From the NCBI RefSeq assembly GCF_052908335.1, contig NZ_CM128606.1: a stretch of 32,000 bases of DNA; one strand, written 5' to 3'. Numbering within the stretch: the stretch's first letter is position 1; every line of letters starts with the position of its first letter. Positions 24,586 through 32,000 of the stretch are shown here, one piece after another. The notes beneath the pieces are model-generated. The model saw only the letters and a program-made list of their open reading frames with translations. It had not been told where the DNA came from and made no database searches. The position numbers and the translations under genes were made by a program.

Positions 24586-27236
24586 ATGACAGCCTTTCGT
24601 GCCGCATTTAAGGCATATCGTATGCATCAGGTGTTAATAATGCCTCGCTTTGCACGGCTTACCATTGCCCTTGGCTTAGCAACTGCGGTATTTCCCGTTG
24701 ACGCAGAGTATTATTTTAATCCACGGTTTTTAAGCAATGATCTTGCTGAATCTGTCGATTTATCCGCCTTTACTAAGGGACGCGAGGCACCACCTGGTAC
24801 ATATCGGGTCGACATTTATTTGAACGACGAATTTATGACTAGTCGGGATATTACTTTTATTGCAGATGATAATAACGCTGAACTCATCCCATGCCTGAGT
24901 ACAGATCTTCTTGTCAGTCTTGGTATAACAAAATAGCGTTATTAGACAATAAAGAACATTCGGCAGAAAAACATGTGCCGGACAACAGCGCATGCACACC
25001 ACTTCAGGATCGTTTGGCCGACGCATCAACTGAGTTTGATGTTGGTCAGCAACATCTGTCACTCTCCGTTCCGCAAATTTATGTTGGCAGAATGGCTCGC
25101 GGCTATGTTTCTCCTGATCTGTGGGAAGAAGGAATAAATGCAGGGCTTCTAAACTATAGTTTTAATGGTAATTCTATTAATAATCGTAGTAACCATAATG
25201 CAGGAAAATCAAACTATGCATATTTGAATTTACAGAGTGGCATCAACATTGGTAGTTGGCGACTACGCGATAACTCAACGTGGAGTTATAACAGTGGGAG
25301 TAGCAATTCATCTGACAGCAATAAATGGCAGCATATCAATACGTCGGCTGAACGTGACATTATTCCCTTACGCTCACGGTTAACGGTAGGTGATAGTTAT
25401 ACCGATGGCGATATTTTTGATAGTGTGAACTTTCGTGGCCTCAAAATAAATTCAACAGAAGCGATGTTGCCCGATAGCCAACATGGTTTCGCTCCGGTGA
25501 TTCATGGTATTGCCCGTGGAACCGCACAAGTGAGTGTAAAACAGAACGGATACGATGTTTATCAGACTACTGTTCCACCCGGCCCTTTTACTATTGATGA
25601 TATCAACTCTGCGGCCAATGGTGGTGATCTGCAAGTAACCATAAAAGAGGCAGACGGCAGTATTCAGACATTATATGTTCCTTATTCGTCTGTTCCGGTT
25701 CTCCAACGTGCTGGATATACGCGTTATGCGCTTGCCATGGGGGAATATCGTAGTGGAAATAACCTGCAAAGCTCTCCCAAGTTCATACAAGGTAGCTTGA
25801 TGCATGGTCTGGAAGGAAACTGGACACCTTATGGCGGAATGCAAATTGCAGAAGATTATCAGGCCTTCAACCTTGGTATTGGGAAAGATTTAGGACTTTT
25901 TGGTGCCTTTTCTTTCGATATCACGCAGGCCAATACGACACTTGCAGATGGCACCCGTCACAGTGGGCAATCGGTTAAATCCGTCTACAGCAAATCCTTC
26001 TACCAGACAGGAACCAATATCTAGGTCGCAGGATATCGCTATTCTACGCAAGGTTTTTATAACTTATCCGACAGTGCCTACAGTCGAATGAGTGGTTACA
26101 CCGTCAAGCCTCCTACCGGAGACACCAATGAGCAGACACAATTTATTGATTATTTTAATCTGTTCTACAGTAAGCGTGGTCAGGAACAAATAAGCATCTC
26201 TCAGCAGCTTGGAAATTACGGTACGACATTTTTCAGTGCCAGTCGCCAAAGTTACTGGAACACGTCACGCAGCGACCAGCAAATATCATTTGGATTAAAT
26301 GTGCCGTTTGGTGATATTACGACTTCGCTGAATTACAGCTATTCCAATAATATATGGCAAAACGATCGGGATCATTTACTCGCTTTTACGCTTAATGTTC
26401 CCTTCAGTCATTGGATGCGTACAGACAGTCAGTCGGCATTTCGTAATTCAAACGCCAGTTACAGTATGTCAAACGATTTGAAAGGCGGCATGACCAATCT
26501 ATCGGGGGTTTATGGCACTCTGCTGCCGGATAATAACCTGAATTATAGCGTTCAGGTCGGTAACACCCACGGAGGTAATACATCGTCTGGCACCAGTGGT
26601 TACAGTTCTCTTAATTATCGTGGAGCTTATGGTAATACTAATGTCGGTTACAGTCGGAGTGGTGACAGCAGCCAGATTTATTACGGAATGAGTGGTGGGA
26701 TTATTGCTCATGCTGATGGCATCACCTTTGGACAGCCGCTGGGCGACACAATGGTTCTGGTTAAGGCTCCTGGTGCTGATAATGTCAAAATAGAGAACCA
26801 GACCGGAATTCATACCGACTGGCGTGGCTATGCCATATTACCATTTGCGACAGAATATAGAGAAAACCGTGTTGCTCTTAACGCGAATTCCCTTGCAGAT
26901 AATGTTGAACTGGATGAAACCGTGGTCACTGTCATCCCAACTCACGGTGCTATTGCCAGAGCAACATTTAATGCACAAATCGGCGGGAAAGTATTAATGA
27001 CGTTGAAGTACGGTAATAAGAGCGTTCCATTCGGTGCAATTGTCACACACGGAGAGAATAAAAATGGCAGCATTGTCGCGGAAAATGGTCAGGTTTATCT
27101 GACTGGACTTCCACAGTCAGGGCAATTACAGGTTTCATGGGGCAAAGATAAAAACTCAAACTGTATTGTCGAGTACAAGCTTCCTGAAGTTTCTCCTGGT
27201 ACCTTACTGAACCAGCAGACAGCAATCTGTCGCTAA
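24586..27236 (+). pseudogene. ydeT: FimD-like outer-membrane usher broken by a frameshift (A-run at 24930-24933) and an in-frame TAG (26022-26024)
   Basis: Three ORF pieces (24586-24936, 24891-26024, 26088-27236) are collinear with FimD. Matching stretches include YYFNPRFL, GINAGLLNYSFNGNS, RGFAPVIHGIARGTAQV, GTNI*VAGYRYSTQGFY and TEYRENRVAL, through the C-terminus ...QQTAICR. The total length of 2651 nt is not a multiple of 3. The last piece corresponds to K-12 ydeT as I recall it. Confidence 0.8.
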
Positions 27237-27249
27237 GGAACAATAGATT

Positions 27250-27780
27250 ATGAAATACAATAACATTATTTTCCTCGGTTTATGTCTGGGGTTAACCACC
27301 TATTCTGCTTTATCCGCAGATAGCGTTATTAAAATTAGCGGGCGCGTCCTCGATTATGGCTGCACAGTCTCATCGGATTCGCTTAATTTTACCGTAGATC
27401 TCCAAAAAAACAGTGCCAGACAATTTCCAACGACCGGTAGCACAAGTCCAGCCGTCCCTTTTCAGATTACGTTAAGTGAATGCAGCAAAGGGACAACGGG
27501 GGTTCGGGTTGCATTTAACGGTATTGAGGATGCAGAAAATAATACTTTGTTGAAACTGGATGAAGGAAGCAATACGGCCTCCGGTTTGGGTATAGAAATA
27601 TTGGACGCAAATATGCGTCCGGTGAAACTGAATGATCTTCATGCCGGGATGCAGTGGATCCCACTGGTACCAGAACAGAACAATATTTTGCCTTACTCCG
27701 CTCGTCTGAAGTCAACTCAGAAGTCCGTCAATCCGGGACTGGTGAGGGCTTCGGCAACCTTTACCCTTGAATTTCAATAA
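27250..27780 (+). CDS. ydeS: Fimbrial minor subunit (FimF-like), 176 aa
   Basis: It has a signal peptide, a Cys pair and the fimbrial subunit C-terminal motif (ATFTLEFQ). Size and order match K-12 ydeS. Confidence 0.85.
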   Translation: MKYNNIIFLGLCLGLTTYSALSADSVIKISGRVLDYGCTVSSDSLNFTVDLQKNSARQFPTTGSTSPAVPFQITLSECSKGTTGVRVAFNGIEDAENNTLLKLDEGSNTASGLGIEILDANMRPVKLNDLHAGMQWIPLVPEQNNILPYSARLKSTQKSVNPGLVRASATFTLEFQ

Positions 27781-27792
27781 TCAGAGTCAGAT

Positions 27793-28296
27793 ATGAAAAG
27801 ACTTCACAAGAGGTTCCTGTTAGCTACGTTTTGCGCGTTATTCACAGCAACTCTCCAGGCCGCCGATGTCACTATCACTGTTAATGGTCGGGTAGTCGCT
27901 AAACCCTGCACTATTCAAACCAAAGAAGCTAACGTTAATCTCGGGGATCTTTATACGCGCAATCTGCAACAACCTGGTTCTGCATCTGGCTGGCACAATA
28001 TTACTTTGTCATTAACCGATTGTCCGGTTGAAACAAGTGCAGTGACGGCAATCGTGACAGGTTCAACTGACAATACGGGTTATTACAAAAATGAAGGTAC
28101 TGCCGAAAATATTCAGATAGAGCTGAGGGATGACCAGGATGCTGCGTTAAAAAATGGCGATAGCAAAACGGTTATTGTTGATGAGATCACTCGTAATGCA
28201 CAGTTTCCACTTAAGGCAAGAGCTATCACGGTGAATGGAAACGCAAGCCAGGGAACGATCGAGGCGCTAATCAATGTGATCTACACCTGGCAATAA
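27793..28296 (+). CDS. ydeR: Fimbrial minor subunit (FimG-like), 167 aa
   Basis: It has a signal peptide and a fimbrial subunit fold ([12 protein letters not shown] ... [10 protein letters not shown]). Size and order match K-12 ydeR. Confidence 0.85.
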
Positions 28297-28354
28297 CGTC
28301 GATTCGATTTTCTTAGCCTTCTTTTTAAATCAATTTTTAACCTTAGGATATATC

Positions 28355-29269
28355 ATGGGTAAAACAATCAGTATAAAGGTCCTGTTCGGTATTTATCTTC
28401 TATTAATGGCAGGCAAAGTTTTTGCCTTCAGTTGTAATGTCGATGGCGGGTCAAGTATTGGAGCAGGTACAACCTCTGTTTATGTTAATCTCGACCCTGT
28501 AATACAGCCGGGCCAGAATCTGGTTGTAGACTTGTCTCAGCATATAAGTTGCTGGAATGATTACGGCGGCTGGTACGACACTGATCATATAAACCTGGTA
28601 CAAGGCTCAGCTTTCGCAGGCTCCCTACAGTCATATAAAGGATCGCTGTACTGGAATAATGTGACCTACCCCTTCCCGTTGACGACAAATACCAACGTAT
28701 TGGATATTGGTGATAAGACACCGATGCCATTACCGTTAAAACTCTATATTACTCCAGTTGGGGCGGCCGGTGGAGTTGTCATAAAAGCGGGGGAAGTCAT
28801 TGCCCGTATTCATATGTATAAAATTGCAACATTAGGAAGCGGAAATCCGCGTAATTTTACGTGGAATATTATTTCAAATAACAATGTTGTTATGCCAACA
28901 GGCGGCTGCACCGTTGATAGTCGTAATGTCACCGTGGATCTCCCGGACTTTCCTGGAAGCGCAGAAATACCCCTTGGCGTATATTGCTCAAGCGAACAAA
29001 AGCTCTCATTTTATCTTTCGGGTGCCACCACTGACAGTAGCCGACAAGTGTTTGCTAACACAGCACCTGATGCAACAAAAGCATCGGGAGTGGGTGTCAC
29101 TCTAATGCGTAATGGAAAAATACTGGCTACGGGAGAAAATGTCTCCCTGGGGACAGTAAATAAAAGCAAAGTACCTCTGGGTTTAAGCGCAACCTATGGA
29201 CAAACAGGAAACAAGGTTTCAGCCGGAACCGTCCAGTCAGTCATTGGTGTCACTTTTATCTATGAATAA
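28355..29269 (+). CDS. ydeQ: FimH-like two-domain tip adhesin, 304 aa
   Basis: [57 protein letters not shown]... is strongly FimH-like, with a lectin domain plus a pilin domain. Size and order match K-12 ydeQ. Confidence 0.85.
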
Positions 29270-29342
29270 TTGTGATTTTGACCTTAGTCTATGCGCTCCA
29301 TTCACGAAAATTGCGCGGATAATTATTTTGTGAAGGCTATTA

Positions 29343-29359
29343 GCCTACACCTGTAAGAA
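29343..29359. promoter_or_regulatory. Candidate EvgA box upstream of ydeP
   Basis: GCCTACA-CC-TGTAAGAA fits the remembered EvgA consensus TTCYTACA-N2-TGTRAGAA. The right half is perfect and the left half matches 6 of 8 positions. ydeP is an established EvgA target. Confidence 0.45.
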
Positions 29360-29602
29360 AATCCGCGCACAATTGAAGCCAGAGTCTTATTTTTTATATT
29401 GAAAAATATGTTAATTTAAACACTATGAGAGATGATGCTTAACTTATCGTATTTAATCTATTGTTTAACGATAATAGATTAAAAATAGAAAGAGAGTAGT
29501 CCCCTACTCTTATATATCCATGTTGGCGATAATCCCTTTGTATGTACTGTGCATCATCGCTATTACAAATCCTAATAATTCATTTCCACACAGGATAAGT
29601 AG

Positions 29603-31882
29603 ATGAAGAAAAAAATTGAATCCTACCAGGGTGCTGCAGGTGGTTGGGGTGCTGTTAAATCCGTAGCGAATGCAGTACGTAAGCAGATGGATATACGCCA
29701 GGATGTTATTGCCATGTTTGACATGAATAAGCCAGAGGGCTTTGACTGTCCGGGTTGTGCATGGCCAGATCCTAAGCACAGTGCGTCATTCGACATTTGT
29801 GAAAACGGCGCAAAAGCAATCGCCTGGGAAGTCACGGATAAGCAGGTAAACGCCTCTTTCTTTGCTGAGAATACGGTTCAATCATTACTTACCTGGGGAG
29901 ACCACGAGCTTGAGGCTGCGGGGCGACTCACTCAGCCTTTGAAATATGATGCCGTCAGCGACTGTTACAAGCCATTAAGCTGGCAACAAGCTTTCGACGA
30001 AATTGGCGCACGCCTTCAAAGCTATAGTGATCCCAATCAGGTTGAATTCTATACTTCGGGCCGCACTTCCAATGAAGCTGCCTTTCTTTATCAGCTTTTT
30101 GCCCGTGAATACGGGAGCAATAACTTTCCCGACTGCTCCAACATGTGCCATGAACCGACAAGCGTGGGTTTGGCAGCGAGTATCGGTGTAGGTAAAGGGA
30201 CCGTGTTGCTGGAAGACTTTGAGAAGTGCGATTTAGTCATTTGCATTGGGCATAACCCTGGTACAAACCACCCTCGCATGCTGACTTCGTTGCGCGCTTT
30301 AGTGAAACGGGGAGCGAAAATGATCGCCATCAATCCTCTACAGGAACGTGGCCTGGAGCGATTTACCGCACCGCAAAACCCGTTTGAAATGCTGACGAAC
30401 TCTGAGACTCAGTTGGCCAGTGCCTACTATAACGTGCGCATTGGTGGCGATATGGCGTTGCTCAAGGGGATGATGCGCCTGTTAATTGAGCGCGATGATG
30501 CTGCAAGCGCCGCAGGTCGGCCTTCATTGCTTGATGACGAGTTTATTCAAACGCATACCGTCGGCTTTGACGAGCTACGCCGTGACGTTCTCAATTCCGA
30601 GTGGAAAGATATCGAACGTATTTCTGGACTAAGTCAGACACAAATCGCCGAACTGGCTGACGCATATGCCGCTGCCGAACGCACCATTATCTGTTACGGA
30701 ATGGGGATCACTCAGCACGAACATGGTACCCAGAACGTACAGCAACTGGTCAATCTGCTGTTGATGAAAGGTAACATTGGCAAGCCTGGTGCGGGTATCT
30801 GCCCACTACGTGGTCACTCTAATGTACAGGGCGACCGAACCGTCGGTATCACCGAGAAACCGTCTGCAGAGTTTCTGGCTCGTCTGGGTGAGCGCTATGG
30901 CTTCACCCCACCTCATGCACCTGGACATGCTGCAATTGCCAGCATGCAAGCAATATGTACGGGGCAGGCTCGAGCATTGATCTGCATGGGGGGCAATTTT
31001 GCGCTGGCAATGCCAGATCGGGAAGCGAGCGCTGTACCGTTAACGCAATTAGATTTGGCGGTACACGTAGCCACTAAGCTTAACCGCTCTCATCTGTTGA
31101 CCGCACGGCATAGCTATATTCTGCCGGTCCTGGGACGTAGCGAGATTGACATGCAAAAAAACGGTGCGCAGGCGGTAACCGTTGAGGATTCAATGTCGAT
31201 GATTCATGCCTCGCGTGGCGTGTTAAAACCCGCCGGTGTAATGCTGAAATCAGAGTGTGCAGTGGTCGCGGGAATCGCGCAGGCAGCACTACCCCAGAGC
31301 GTGGTAGCCTGGGAGTATCTGGTGGAAGATTATGATCGCATTCGCAATGACATTGAAGCTGTGCTGCCAGAGTTCGCCGACTATAACCAGCGCATCCGTC
31401 ATCCCGGTGGTTTTCACCTGATAAATGCAGCTGCTGAAAGGCGCTGGATGACGCCGTCAGGTAAGGCTAATTTCATTACCAGCAAAGGGCTGTTAGAAGA
31501 TCCCTCTTCAGCGTTTAACAGTAAGCTGGTCATGGCGACAGTACGCAGCCACGATCAGTACAACACGACGATTTATGGTATGGATGATCGCTATCGAGGG
31601 GTATTCGGTCAACGAGATGTGGTCTTTATGAGTGCTAAACAAGCTAAAATTTGCCGTGTAAAAAACGGCGAAAGAGTTAATCTTATTGCGCTTACGCCAG
31701 ACGGTAAGCGCAGCTCACGCCGCATGGATAGATTAAAAGTGGTCATTTACCCTATGGCTGACCGCTCACTGGTGACCTATTTTCCAGAATCGAATCACAT
31801 GCTAACACTTGATAACCACGATCCATTAAGTGGCATTCCTGGCTATAAAAGTATTCCGGTTGAATTAGAACCATCAAATTAA
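29603..31882 (+). CDS. ydeP: YdeP, molybdopterin-family oxidoreductase (acid-resistance associated), 759 aa
   Basis: The full-length 759-aa ORF starts [30 protein letters not shown] and has the Cys motif [12 protein letters not shown]. Sequence, size and synteny are recognised as E. coli YdeP. Confidence 0.92.
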   Translation: MKKKIESYQGAAGGWGAVKSVANAVRKQMDIRQDVIAMFDMNKPEGFDCPGCAWPDPKHSASFDICENGAKAIAWEVTDKQVNASFFAENTVQSLLTWGDHELEAAGRLTQPLKYDAVSDCYKPLSWQQAFDEIGARLQSYSDPNQVEFYTSGRTSNEAAFLYQLFAREYGSNNFPDCSNMCHEPTSVGLAASIGVGKGTVLLEDFEKCDLVICIGHNPGTNHPRMLTSLRALVKRGAKMIAINPLQERGLERFTAPQNPFEMLTNSETQLASAYYNVRIGGDMALLKGMMRLLIERDDAASAAGRPSLLDDEFIQTHTVGFDELRRDVLNSEWKDIERISGLSQTQIAELADAYAAAERTIICYGMGITQHEHGTQNVQQLVNLLLMKGNIGKPGAGICPLRGHSNVQGDRTVGITEKPSAEFLARLGERYGFTPPHAPGHAAIASMQAICTGQARALICMGGNFALAMPDREASAVPLTQLDLAVHVATKLNRSHLLTARHSYILPVLGRSEIDMQKNGAQAVTVEDSMSMIHASRGVLKPAGVMLKSECAVVAGIAQAALPQSVVAWEYLVEDYDRIRNDIEAVLPEFADYNQRIRHPGGFHLINAAAERRWMTPSGKANFITSKGLLEDPSSAFNSKLVMATVRSHDQYNTTIYGMDDRYRGVFGQRDVVFMSAKQAKICRVKNGERVNLIALTPDGKRSSRRMDRLKVVIYPMADRSLVTYFPESNHMLTLDNHDPLSGIPGYKSIPVELEPSN

Positions 31883-31895
31883 TGCCTCTTCTCAT

Positions 31896-31926
31896 TTCTT
31901 CTGCTGTCATCCGCACAGCAGAAGAA
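31896..31926 (+). terminator. Stem-loop terminator after ydeP
   Basis: TTCTTCTGCTG (31896-31906), 9-nt loop, CAGCAGAAGAA (31916-31926), an 11-bp perfect stem followed by TTCCTCATT (a modest T-tract). Confidence 0.55.
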
Positions 31927-32000
31927 TTCCTCATTGACTATTATTTCGCAATTTGCTCACATGGATTAAATTAAACTACATACTATAAGATATAAACTTC

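Overview
This is the Escherichia coli replication-terminus region, in the order lsrF-lsrB-lsrD' / 'yneO / hipBA / dif / yneL' / decayed ydeQRST-type fimbrial operon / ydeP. Two things depart from the K-12-like backbone. (1) A clean deletion at about 2138-2165 fuses a 5'-truncated lsrD to the 3' part of the yneO autotransporter pseudogene, removing lsrK, lsrR, lsrA, lsrC and the lsr promoter region. (2) The main feature is a head-to-tail pair of filamentous (inovirus-type) prophages of about 8.5 kb at 5601-22695, inserted 76 bp downstream of hipA at the chromosome dimer-resolution site dif. Each unit has a leftward module of three paralogous small ribbon-helix-helix-like proteins plus an unannotated 51-aa hydrophobic ORF. 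This is followed rightward by a P2-gpA-type HUH Rep, a small putative ssDNA-binding protein, two ~50-aa hydrophobic proteins, an 80-aa signal-peptide major coat protein, a Gly/Ser-linker pIII, pVI, a Zot/pI ATPase and a pIV secretin. There is no integrase. Each unit begins with two inverted dif-like sites that can fold into a forked hairpin on the viral (+) strand, which is the CTXphi-type ssDNA attP architecture. A near-canonical 28-bp dif is regenerated only at the right edge (22696-22723). The two copies are identical over their left 6.5 kb apart from a 30-bp difference in the pIII repeat tract. They then diverge by roughly 2-3 percent and carry two unrelated cassettes between gI and gIV. 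The copy-1 cassette resembles the ColE1/pMB1 primosome-assembly-site segment as I remember it, and both cassettes contain the AAGCGG hexamer, so they may be alternative complementary-strand origins. To the right of dif, the fimbrial operon keeps more ancestral sequence than I recall for K-12 but is inactivated by a gene fusion, two in-frame stops and a frameshift. Its three distal subunit genes and ydeP are intact. All homology statements come from reading translations and from memory; no database search was possible.
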